DNA of 63,953 bases, counting the filler, from Nemertoderma westbladi (taxonomy: Eukaryota > Animalia > Xenacoelomorpha): NCBI GenBank assembly GCA_032718475.1. It is 4 parts of 4 records of this genome, joined end to end, with 100 filler letters (N's around TTAATTAATTAA, not from the genome) between each part and the next. Parts side by side here need not be neighbours in the genome. Positions count along the whole stretch, not along the records: positions 22,839 to 50,307 come from JAUCBJ010002747.1; 3 more parts are not named here. One strand, written 5' to 3'. Made by a program: the position numbers and the translations under genes. The notes below the pieces were generated by a model. It saw only the letters and a program-made list of their open reading frames with translations. It ran no database searches and was not told the origin of the DNA. Numbering within the stretch: the stretch's first letter is position 1; every line of letters begins with the position of its first letter. Positions 34,823 through 47,187 of the stretch are shown here, in pieces.

Positions 34823-37800
34823 ACTAAGTAAACTTTATCCCATTATATTTGGCAAACTTAAGCAAGCTACATTTAATGTACAGGTATTTATACAATACTT
34901 GTTCATTAAAATTTCAGTTTATTTTTAAGATTGAAACATTAACATCATTTTCCATGTTAAATTTACCGGCATCAGTCCACTTATTTATCAATCTGAGACC
35001 TAACTACATTTAGTTTGATGATGACATATATATATTAAGTGAATATCCCACTCTCACACGTGCATGTCTGTTGTTGGTGTTGTTATACATGTACGTACGT
35101 ATGTATATACGTAAGTAAGTATGTACGTACAGATACACTGGTATCGGTACAGCTTTGTGTTATGCAGTGCAAGACAGGTGTAATAATCAACTGCCAACAG
35201 TCGTAGGTCGCAACAAATTCATCACAGTTTAAAATATTTTTTGGTTTTTGTTCCTATACTACATGCTAAATGCCAGAACTACTGTAGTATTTCGCACTTG
35301 TTATGTAAGGGATGTCTTATGGTTTTATACCCTGTGACGACAGCTGACAACTGTTAACAACTTTAAGGGAAAGGATCCAATTACAGTTGTAGGCTACTTG
35401 AACCAAAACAATAAACGAGAGTCAAGAGCACAGGTATCATTTTTTTATGGTCATAAAAATGGTTGTCGGCTGTGGCTATCAGTTGTGTCGGTGTAGCATT
35501 TATACCCGAGTCGTACATATTGTACCATACTTAGCTATATGTGTTGTACCATAAATATTTCCATAACCTTATGAATATGAAGTGAATTATTAAGGGGTGT
35601 TGGGGGTGGTATATATATGTAACACACCTTGAGTCTGCATCATTAGGATCGTTACCTATCAGCGTTCAGTTGTCATGGCAATGCTAGCTGGATTATTCAT
35701 AAAGTTGTTATTTTTCATAAATCTAAACATAATAAATGGCCATATAGTAACATACAAGTAAAATATATATTTTACAGAATAACTATAGATACGGTACATT
35801 TATTATACTGAACGATTAACATACCTGTATCTGTAACTTGTACATACGGTACTGTTACTTTACTCATGTTATGATACTTCAGTTTGTTTGGTTGTTTATA
35901 CTACCTGTGCTGGCACTCAAGATATATTGTAATGTATAGATGTTCATTGTGGAAGCAAAAATTTTTCGTTCTGTGATAAATGAAAAATCACTAGGGCCTA
36001 TTTAATACTTTGCTACAGTACACAGTAATTTTCAATTCTGCTGTGAATGGGATATAATATTTAAATGTTCTCCACAAAGGTTTTAGTATAGTTAATGCAG
36101 TGAGAGATTAGCAACATAGGATGAATTCATGTTTATATTTTCAATTCTATTATGAATTTTTTACTTTTTAAATAATTGTATCCCGGTATTTCACTTGGTT
36201 CACTACATACAATTCTACATAAACACAGTGGGACAATACAGTAGGTTTTCCGGATGTGTTGTGTACCTTATGGCTTTTAAATGTGTCTTACAGACAGACA
36301 ATAGTAATCTATGGTGACAGGTTTGTTCTTGTCCTTGTGGATATAAGCGGTTGGTATCGCACAGGTACTAGTTAAAATACTAGTAACCGGTACCGTATAA
36401 ATAACATATCCATCTATAACATAGCCACTGTAAACACAAACATTGTATGTGATGGCACTAGTATTTGTAGTGAAGTACTATGTGTACACCTTCGTACATA
36501 CATATATAGGGATATGTTTTGACATATATAGGGATATGTTTTGGGTTATCTTAGCATTATTTTATCTCAACAATATTTGGTACCAAAACTTAAATGGTTT
36601 GTAAATTGGTAATTTGTATAGAACACAAAATAACCAGTCCATATTATATTATATGCAATCGATCTCTGAAAGATACATAAAGCCATAATATCGGTAACTT
36701 GTATAGTATTTAGTATCAGAAGTATTGCCCTCAAATAATGTCTTTGTTGTGTTTCTATAAGTATAAAATATTATTCAAAAAATATATGTCTACCTTCTTT
36801 GCTATGTGTTCAAGTATAATAACTTTACTTGACTATTTCATTTGGCTTGCTTCAGTTGGCTAGCTGTCCTATATTGTTATTTTATTGAACTATTTTTTCT
36901 TATTGTACTACTTTTAGTACTAAATGCTATTTAAATATGGTATAGTCATTCTGTAGAAACATTATCAGATGGTAACATGATGCAATGGTATATAAAGAAA
37001 TATCATTTCTACCAGTTTGAATTATCTGTTAGCTGTTGGATTGTTATATATAGTTTGCTGTATTTTATTCATTTTATGTAACAATGACTGTTGAACTCCA
37101 TGTGGACAACATTAAAGTTTACATTATATATAAAAGTAATTTTTTTTGCACTGACCAAAGATGTATAATTTGTAGAACAAGCGTTAGCAAGCATGGTAAT
37201 TATGTATACCGTACGCGTACCCGTACATCAAATGTAATACAGGTCGGGTCGTAATTACATAACCCTTTTTTGGGAGATTTTTGACCCCCTCTGTCACAAA
37301 GTGTCATGATAGCTCAGACCACCGCCCTCTTCACTGTCATTCACGGCCAGGTATTGTCCTTATGCGACCGGCAAAAGGATGTTCAAACCAGGATGTTTCC
37401 ATTGTACAATAATACAATAAGGTCATAGTACAAGTACAGGTTTAATTTCCAGTTTTCCATTTCCAGGTTGATGGAAACTTTATAAATGCAGTGTAATTTC
37501 TATCAATAAATGGGAGAATCTGTTAGGCCCATTAAGCCAAGGTTCACAACCATTGGTGATGTATTTTTGTGTGTTCTGTCTTCTTGTTATTAACACATAG
37601 AAAAAAAATTGGAACCTAGGCTGTACCCCCCTGGGTTTTTGCCATCATCTGACTTTAATTAGGCTACTTCTTACTATTAGTAGCCTATTTTTCAATCTTT
37701 ATTTATCAATTGCTATGACATTTAGTTTGACACTATTTCTTACATGGGGGTTATAACTAGGGATGCCCCGGAAGTAACGATATGTTGATTCCAGTCAGAA

Positions 37801-38223
37801 CTGGAATTCAATATTATATTCAATATTCCAGCCAGAACCGAAATTTTTATGTAGTTAGTGAAATACACTAAATGATCATTCAGGTTTACAATTTTTTGTG
37901 AAATATATATGGACTTTTTAAATTTATAAAGCCATGTTTACTAATGGGATCAATCAGCACCTTGGAGTTGTACTTGGGGGCCTTAACCCTATCTGCCAAG
38001 TCTATTTTTACTACTTGGCTGAAAAATTACAATTTTGTGGTATAGGGTTTTCGAGGTCGCTGATCACGATAGAGCTTGTGAAAAATATGTTATGGAAGTA
38101 TAAACATCAAATTTTTATCAATTTGTGCTACTTGTATTTTTCATGCCAAATTGGCACATGTCCAAAAATGCCACAATGAATCGGATATGATATGATGAGT
38201 GTCATATTCAGATTCATGATCAA

Positions 38224-38737
38224 TATAACTTTTTGTTGGGCATAGCTTTTTGCAAATTCGGCAATGACATGTCCAGGTGGAATCGAACTGGTGACCTCCA
38301 GGTTGGAAGTCTGAACCTCTAACCATTCAGCTAGCGGCTCAGGTAAAATATAGACCTGGAAATACTATCTGATACCATGTATGTCCTCAATTTACCTACT
38401 CATGGCCTCCCATCTGTCAATACCATCATATTCTGCTGCCACTGTGCTCAACCCGACTGTACTTGGATCACTTAACCACTCACTACAATGCAAGGGTAGT
38501 GTATATTAACCATGGAACATCATAGCCTCAATGATTACTGTACTTATACACAATAAATAACGAGTAAATTGCGGACATACAAGGTATCAGGTAGTATTTC
38601 CAGGTCTATCTTTTACCTGAGCCGCTAGCTGAATGGTTAGAGCTTCAGATTTCCAAGCTGGAGGTCACCAGTTCGATCCCACCTGGACGCCATTGCCGAA
38701 AAAATTTGCAAAAAGCTGTGCCCAACAAATAGTTATA
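38224..38737. repeat. Inverted repeat (about 155-bp arms), each arm carrying an outward-facing tRNA-Gly-like sequence
   Basis: 38224-38378 is the reverse complement of 38581-38737. A box TAGCTGAATGG, loop (C/T)TTCCAA and B box GTTCGATCC at 38619-38692, mirrored at 38271-38340 on the minus strand. Confidence 0.85.
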
Positions 38738-39060
38738 ATAATATGAAACCACTCATTCACCCATAACACCAATAATATTCATGATCGATCAGCATACCAG
38801 AAAACCCACAAGGTCATTAAATAAGGTTCTATAAGTTCTATAATCGGGATCAGCATCTAAAAAAACCCCTATATACTGCAAATAAATTAATTTTAATTGT
38901 TAATGGAAAGGAACAGGTTACAGTGACATGTAATTCTAATCAAATCAATAAATGAGAGTCAATATATATTGCATGTACAGTTTAAATTTTGCTGGGAATA
39001 AATATATTTATGGTAAGAAATATATATTTTCTGTAGAAATAAATATACTGTATTACGCAG

Positions 39061-39920
39061 CAGGGGCAGGATACGATACGATACAAAATATGAAAAAAGG
39101 TTTTGTGTTTTTTTCGTATCGTATTTTATCTAAGAGTTGATAAAAAATATATGTATTGTATTTTGTTATACTTCACTTAGAAAATCATATAAATCTCTCT
39201 ATATATAATAGGAAATATCTTTTATTTCCTTGTTCCAGTATTCTTGCTACAGCAATAGTGCGGCTACTGGCTACAACACCCATATAATGAATGAAGGAAT
39301 GAATGAAGGATGAAACATGGCCCAATAGTAGGCTTTACCATGCCACTGGACTACTGTACCTAGACCTACTGATGCCATTATTTATTGAATAATTTTGTGG
39401 TACCAATATGGAATAAAATTCAAAACTTCAATTTCGAAGTCAAACTAATACTAGAATAAAACTATGTTTTATTTCAAAACAAATGTTTTATTTATTTTAT
39501 TATCTCACTAGAATACTTTATCATAACATCAATGCCTTGTAGGCGCGGTTAGAGTTATCCTCACAAGTTTATTTATCCTGTAATTAGATTATATTTCAGT
39601 GGACTTTTTATCATTATTCTGCAGTTAATTACAATCTGATTAACGATCCTCCTGTCTTACACATTTTATTGACATAATTAAACTGTAAGCTGTAAACTAA
39701 TTTATGCAACAATTTTGAGAAAAAAATTGTAAAGAAATAAATGGTGTGATCTCTGGTTTGACTGTTGAAAACATTAATATATATACCGGTATACAAAATA
39801 ATAAGATACGAAAATATGATACAAAATATGAAAAACATTTATTTGTATTTATATATACGATACGAAGTCAATTTTTATAATGCGATACGAAATCCGTTTT
39901 TGTATCGTATCCTGTCCCTG
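39061..39920. mobile_element. Non-autonomous hAT element nested in the previous hAT
   Basis: TIR CAGGGGCAGGATACGATAC / GTATCGTATCCTGTCCCTG. Perfect 8-bp TSD TTACGCAG at 39053-39060 and 39921-39928. Confidence 0.92.
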
Positions 39921-40479
39921 TTACGCAGCACCTAACGCTAATGATGCACGACCTATTTAAGTAACATAAAGGACACCTTTATAAATATGCTACAACTTTA
40001 GGGGTAATACGATATGTTATTGGCAATAACTATTTATAATATTGTTATTGTTTTTACTTAATGTATAATAATAATTTCACAAACTAATTGCAACTATTAA
40101 ACTAGTTAGCGAACTAGTAATTTCGGTAAAATCCTGGCTGGAATTGACCCCATTCCGGCCGTAACTGGAATTGTGCAATGGGGACATCCCTAGTTATAAC
40201 TATTAAATATTAAATAAAACAGTCTGACTGACTTCTGGAATGGAATGTTTCCATCTAAAACTTTAATAGTGCATAAAAAAATTTTTAATTAGAAAAATTC
40301 TACAAATATGGGAAGCTCCACCCCTAGTCTGATTAGGCCTAGATTGTAATACCTCGAGTTCAGTTTGCTTTGATACACTGTTCAGCCACTGAACATTTGT
40401 GTAGAAGTGAGACATACAAACATGGTCATGGTTCATTGAGTCCTTCAAGGCATCTCTCCAATCTAGTTTCCTGAAATCT

Positions 40480-42300
40480 CCTCTGGGTTTAGTTGGATCG
40501 AGGAAGCTAAGGAGGTCATAGAGATGCTATTACTAAGGGAGTTTTGTACTTGACTTCACCAACCCAGTTTGAAGGGTCAGATGCAACAGGCCCTAACTTC
40601 TGTTTAGACAAGCAATTAATTATCAATGTTTCTGGTAGACTTCTTCCTCAATGCCACATGTTTTTCAGCCTCAAGATATTTTTTTTAAAAGGGAAAAGCG
40701 CCAAAAGGGATATTTTTAAATAAAATATGTTTGCACTGTTTCCTATGTATTATAAATAAAATCAATTAAAATAAATTATGTAAGATGTAATTAAATGCGC
40801 TCTAAAATAGGAGTTATTCATCATTTGCCCATGATCTGAGAGATCTAATGTTGATGGGGCACGATAGGGTGTAGTAACGGGTGGCCTCGTTACACAGCTT
40901 TCGTGGCTTCGAGTACAACATCTTCACTCGATCTATTGAGTGGAGGTTTGGAATGCTTGGAATATTTAGAAAACAAATGAGTCCAAATTTCGTCCAAGTT
41001 GTAAGTTAAAATTGGCAATATCTTGATATAAAAGATTTTCATGGAAGTTGCCAGTGAGAGTCTCTGAGTGTTTTTAATGCTGTGCAATACGATGATTGAA
41101 TTGCAGGTAATATTCGTAATATGTTTGGTGAATTTCAATGTTGTTTGAAATGTAATAGGCCCCCTACCCAAATAGTTGTATGAGTTAACAATATGGATTG
41201 GCTGGCCATTGAATATGAAAATATCAGAGTTGCAAATCCTTCCACCCCACCAAAATTTTATTATCGCTGTCTTTTTCAGGTTCACCTTTATAAAGTTCTC
41301 AGAAGCCCAATCCAACAAAGCATTTAGGGCATGCATGCATTTAGCTGCATGAAGAGCTTCCTTAGTGTCTGCATAAATTAGAAGGTCATCTGCGAATAAT
41401 AATATAATAACGGCGGTTGTCGCCTATTTAATTGTAACAACTATTTCAGTGATGTAAGCAATAAACAGCAATGGGCTGAGCGAGTCTCCTTGTAAAAGAC
41501 CCCGAAGCTGTGAGATTTTATTTGTCATTCTCAACCCATCGAATATTTGTATAGTCTACGGATAACAGAACCTTGTTGAAAGACAACAGCCAACCTCTTA
41601 TTCCAAATAGAGTTCGTAGTTTGTGCAATAGTCTCTTCGCCTTTGTGAAATTGACAAAGAATGTAAATAAAGGCTTCTTTGGTTGGTTTAAGTTCTTATA
41701 AGCATCGGTTAAGAGTTTATTAATTGGTTGCTTTGTAGACCTACCCAGCAGGAATCCATACTGCTCAGGTGGGTGTTTATCAAGAATAAAATGGTGTAAT
41801 TGTTTTGCTATTAAACCAGTAAGAACCTTGTATACTGTGTTGAGTAGAGCGATTCCTTGGTACTTGTTGGGATCATCATGTGGTCCTTTACGCTTATTCA
41901 GGACCTTACATATACTTGTCTTAGATCATCAAGATGCTAAGCTTAGTGAAACTAAGCAAGTGTTTACAAGTCCTACCCAAAACATTAGCATCACAGGGAG
42001 TGAAGCATTTATGAGCTCGTTTGGTAGCTGATCGGGACTGCTGGACTTGTGGTTAGGTTTTCCTAGAATTTCCTGTGTGACTTATCAACTCAGAAAGGTT
42101 GGTTGTAAGATAGATCGTCTTCCATCTCGTTGAGGTTTACATTTGGTTCATCTTCCATGCGGCTGTCATTAACATAGGTTTCAATTGGTGTCATAAAGTC
42201 AGACTCGGAGTACAGGTTATTGAAATGGCTCTCCCATCTGGCTAGTTCAAATCTGATTGAATGAAATTTCAGTATTCCAATCCAGTCTCCCATTGTAATC
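40480..42300 (-). pseudogene. Decayed non-LTR retrotransposon RT, clade uncertain
   Basis: Minus-strand fragments YQGIALLN, EQYGFLLGRST, FVNFTKA, GLLQGDSLSPLLFIAYI, LFADDLLI, VNLKKT and YNYLG, broken by frameshifts. Confidence 0.85.
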
Positions 42301-43149
42301 TTGTTGGCAATGAGTAAATTTCCTTTCTTGAATCGAAAACAATTTACAGGTGTAAGGTTGGTCTGTAGCTACTGCGGCAGTCCGAGCAAGGTACCAATGC
42401 ATCTGCAAAATCTCATCCAGGTCCCTTACTTCCGAGAAGATATTGGGGCAAAGGAAAATATGCTCATATTCTTCCACCTTGGTGGGATTACAGCAGTTGA
42501 TAGTGCGCTGTCACAGTCAGTGGTAGTGGTAAACTTTATTTCCACCAATGCTGGGTGATAGTGAGTGCTATGGCTTCTTGTGGTAAACAAGAGAGAAAGG
42601 TTCGTGAGGTTTGCATATGAGTCAAGCAACACATAGATGTAGTGCGTGTCATCCTTCTCATTGACATGTTCCAGGACATTTTCCATATAAATAGAATGAT
42701 CTGCTTTGCAGTCTGCCTCACTGGCCCGAAGTGCATTTTTAACACAGTTTTGAATCGCTTCTCAATGGGAGCTGTAGAGTGAATTGTGGATTTTCGCTCC
42801 ATGCCCACACCCCTGTCAATTGACATAGAATTACCAGAAGAGGAAGCTGTATCACCAACTATGAAACAGTGTAGTTCATGGAGTTGGGTGCAAAAAATGT
42901 GCATAGGCAATGTTGTCAATCTTTATATCCGTGCTTTCACCGCCCAAATAAATAATGGTAGGCCTACTGGTAATTAATAATTGTTGTCAGAGGTTTATTT
43001 TTCATTTTCTCAAAAAGCTATTAAAATATGTATTATTACCTCTTCCTGTCATTTGTAAATATTCAGAATGTCCAGCCAGATATTCCAAATATTTTCCTAA
43101 TTACAGGATATTGGTTAATTGTAGCCAGATCAGGTATCTGATGCACCCC

Positions 43150-43551
43150 TAAGAGTAATGTCTGTCAAGAAGTAGAGGAAATCTATCAAAGTACCTTTCT
43201 GATCTAGACTTTGCTGATGACTTATGGCTACTGTCAGAATACCTAGAGGGAGCCCAACGGCTCCTCTGCTCATTGGAGCAGGTTGCTTTCAGTGTTGGTC
43301 ATTTTGTAAATTCACATCCAGTGCATAATATTGTTCTTTGGTGGCCTCATGGAGCGAATAAGCATGGTGGGCAGCCCATGACTTTCTTAAAGGACACTGG
43401 CCTTGAAGATGTGGATGATCTAGTAAATGTCATGGGTGATAGGGAGTTGTGGCAGCTCAATTTTGTCGACAAGCTGGCACAGCATTCTTAATATATATGT
43501 AAAATATATATAATGTAGGTGCAATGCAGCACGCTGATCATAGTAGTAGTT
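43150..43551 (+). pseudogene. Internally deleted 3' fragment of RTE family 1
   Basis: DLDFADDL and HGANKHGGQPMTFL...NFVDKLAQHS match the ORF at 5563-7146. Ends in TAGTAGTAG. Confidence 0.9.
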
Positions 43552-46089
43552 AGAGTAATGTTGTTTTCTACCAATGCTTCAACATGCATTTGCAATGAGC
43601 TCCACTTAATTCACAGTGAAAAAAATAATAATATTCAGTCTCTGAATGGGCACAAATGAAGATTTCATGCATCTGATTATTATCTAATTTAATTGGCATC
43701 AAAGGTGGTTCAAATCGTATACATCTTCAAATTCATTTTGGAATGTAATTTTAGTTCGTACTGGAAGTGCTTTACAAATACTTATATTATTGATTAACAT
43801 TTTGCGATCAGGTAATCGGCAATTTTTCCAACTCCACCCAGAGATAGACACAGGCTTGGGCCGCATTCTAAATATTGGAAAGCCCACAATTGTTGAATAA
43901 TTATATTATTATTTTTAATTATATTATTAATTTAATGTTGTTATAAATAAATAATTCAATCTAAATTTAGATTGCTCTACATAGTCTAACATTAGTTAAT
44001 AATATCATCAACAAAGAAATCAATCGAAACTAAAATGATGGCATTTCATTTTAGACAACAAACAATGTATTAACATGGTAGACCTACGCAATGTGTGTAT
44101 AGTATTTAGAGTTTTCTAATTCACAAACAAAATCTAGTGGCTCACAATGAACTGTTATAGTGTTTGGAATCAGTGTATGTAACTTGATAAGAAAATTTAA
44201 AATTGTATTTTATACTCATACCGTGAAAGGTGAGGTGATGTGATGCCTGTGTCGTGTCCATCTCCACCAGACTCCACCAGACAAATATGTAACGACTAAC
44301 AAGTTTCCTATAAAAATAAACATTTAACATTTGAAATCACGTTTATACGATTTCCATATTATTTTAATTACTCTGTGTTACCACATTGATCAAGGTGAGT
44401 TTTCTTTCAATTTTACATTATCTTTATTATTTAATTTATATATTAACTTTCTTTTCAGCATTTTATATATACTCATACTGGCTTTTAACTCCAGTATTTT
44501 CAAGCCATTTTTTAGTTGGAATTAATTACAGGAAAGAGGGTTATTGTATAGCTGATGAGATTGCCAATATCAGAGCTCATATTTTGTTCAATCTTTGTTT
44601 CAAAGAAGTCCAAAGGAAGAGACCTTGAGGTATATGGTAACTGTTGGTAAGTTCTGTTTATATAATGAAGCACAAAGTTATGATACCGACTACCAGTACT
44701 GTTATGATTGTCACTAAGCATATAAATATATAAATTTTGAAATTTTCATTTACTAGACTGTATTGAGTTGTAAGTAAAACGTAAATGCATACAACTCATA
44801 ATTATACATATACATATCTCTATCCATACATTTTTTTGCGTTTATTTTTACCTTAAGCTGTAGGCCTATATTGTATTTAATAGTCAACATCAAGTTCAAG
44901 TAGATATTGTAACTACCTTACCTATGGCTGGTTGATATGAACCATCGACAAAGGGAAAGTATTGTATATAATTGTAATCTCTACAGTCTTATGAGTTTTT
45001 ATTTTGCCAACGTAAATATCAGGCATTTTTGGTGGGCTGATTGGTGGTTATTTTTGTTGATAAAAGCAGTCTAGTCTATTTTTTGCTCCATAATCGTGTA
45101 ATAAATTTGACCCATCCGACAGGTGTTTTTTGAATTAATCAGTAAAAATACATATCACATATCACAATGTAATATGATCTCTTGGTGTCAGCAGGGTAAT
45201 GTAATGTTTACGGATGACAGACGTATTATATAATATTCGCATTTTGTTATGTAATGCGCTGTATACACATACACATGCTGAACAACATTTGGAGAACGCA
45301 CCAAGAACAGTGGGGTTTGTAGGCAGGGATGATACTCTTTAAATCTGTAGGACTTTGTACGTATATTATACATACAATACTAATATATATTATATACAAT
45401 ACGAATATATATTAATTGTATAATTATGTATATAATCAAAACTATGAAGGTGAAATAGTGACAGATGAAATATGGTGTTGTTCGGTTTTCATTTTGATTT
45501 ATCATATTCATTTGGGTTCTGCTGCTGCTGACCTTCAATGTTTGGTTAAGTCGCCACGCCAACATACATTATTACATTACTACATTATTATGATATTGGT
45601 TGTATCTGAATTTTAATATGAATTTGTTCACCTACAACAAATTTAATTGTCAAAGTAAACTATTACATATATCCGTTTAGTATCTTTGATGTCCCAATAT
45701 TATATATGTATATTGGAGAAGTTGTGACCAGCATGTACGTACACGCAGTAAATGCAGTGTAATATTTAATATTTATGGTTTACACTGTGAGTCGTTGTAC
45801 CTTCAAGCAAAAGGTTACAATTAGTTGATTATCTACAAGGAGCTTTATATCTCTAACTAAATAGCGCTGTCAGCTTTACCATATAGTACTGGTACTTGAC
45901 TTTTGAATCACTACGATGTACTATGTGGAAAATTACAGACTTGTGGAATTAGATACCGAGCTAATTCTAATTCTTATTATTCTGTAAACACTAAACAATA
46001 TAGGCCTGTACAATTGGAAACGTGACATCGAAACGTATCCAAATATATCATACGTATATTTCTATTAGTATAATGTATATATATATATA

Positions 46090-47187
46090 CTAGAGACGGG
46101 CCTAGCGGCCCGTGAAGCAAGTCGTAGGAGACAGTACGAGTCAAGTAAAAGCTTTTTGTTCTGTCTGATAATCAATTAGTGTGAGGGTAGTCCTGGTGGT
46201 GTACGAGAAATTTTCTAGACAACTTCGAACTATAATTATTATGTTGTAATCATCTAATGAATTATAAAAGCTGTTGTGATTATTGAAGATAGAGCAGCAG
46301 TTAGCGAAATGATTATTTTGTTCTATAGGATAGAGTAGTCAGAGAGTTAGAGTAGTCGAGTCGTTGTTTAATAATAATAACAGCAGTTGCCATGAATTCA
46401 ATATACAATCGCGCAAAAGAAGTGATAAGACAAATTCGTTCTTATTTTTGTAATAAATAAAACAGGTTGAGATGTTTCAATGTAAACCGCGATTAACAAT
46501 TTACAACATTTATATTATTATTATAACAGATTTTTATATTTCAAACTATAATGTTAGCCTTATGGAGAATCATTATGAGGCTGAGTAAACATTCAGCCTT
46601 ATAAGCATACACCCTCCACAGTATTAATGTTGGCACAAAGATTTCAAAATAAAACAATAATTAGATGACAGTACAGTACAATCAATAGTAGCCAACACAC
46701 TGTGTAATAACTAACAGTCATTTAGCTTGCACGCCAATTAATTAACATAACAAGGATGCATTGGGAAGAGTTATTCAGCTGAGACTGCAATAGCCAGCTA
46801 AACCAGTTAATGTTTTGTTTGATTACTGTCTGGGTTGTAGAATAGAGTGATAATAAAACTTGGCACACAAAGTACTTCTTTGTTAGTTGCCCTTCCTATT
46901 GAATGCATTACCAGGCCATCTCTATACATTTTTCATGAGTGCCAGCTGGTGTTTTATCATTGCGCCTATGGCGATTTTAGTGTTTTGGGGCTATTTTTCG
47001 AAATAAAACAAGTTGAGATGTTTCAATTTAAACCGCGATTTCACAAGTACCCTTAGAAATCCATTTTCATGGTCCATGCAAAATTTCATCAAAATCGTTA
47101 GAGCCGTTTTTGCTCTAGGTCAGTAGTCAGTAGCCAGTAGCCAGTAGCCTTTTTTTCTTACAGTAATCAAGTCTAACGACTTGCTAA
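46090..47187 (-). mobile_element. Second copy of Helitron-like subfamily B, inserted in a (TA)n tract
   Basis: Reverse complement of 30137-31233 with only a few substitutions; the 69-aa pseudo-ORF is identical in both. (TA)n on both flanks. Confidence 0.9.

Larger units (their letters stand above)
37758..40192. mobile_element. Non-autonomous hAT element containing nested elements
   Basis: TIR TAGGGATGCCCC / GGGACATCCCTA. Perfect 8-bp TSD GTTATAAC at 37750-37757 and 40193-40200. Subterminal CTGGAATT repeats. Confidence 0.88.

Noticed and set aside
38619-38692. Functional tRNA genes here and at 23044, 31572 and 38271
   Set aside because: Acceptor and anticodon stems do not pair properly, and all lie within repeats.
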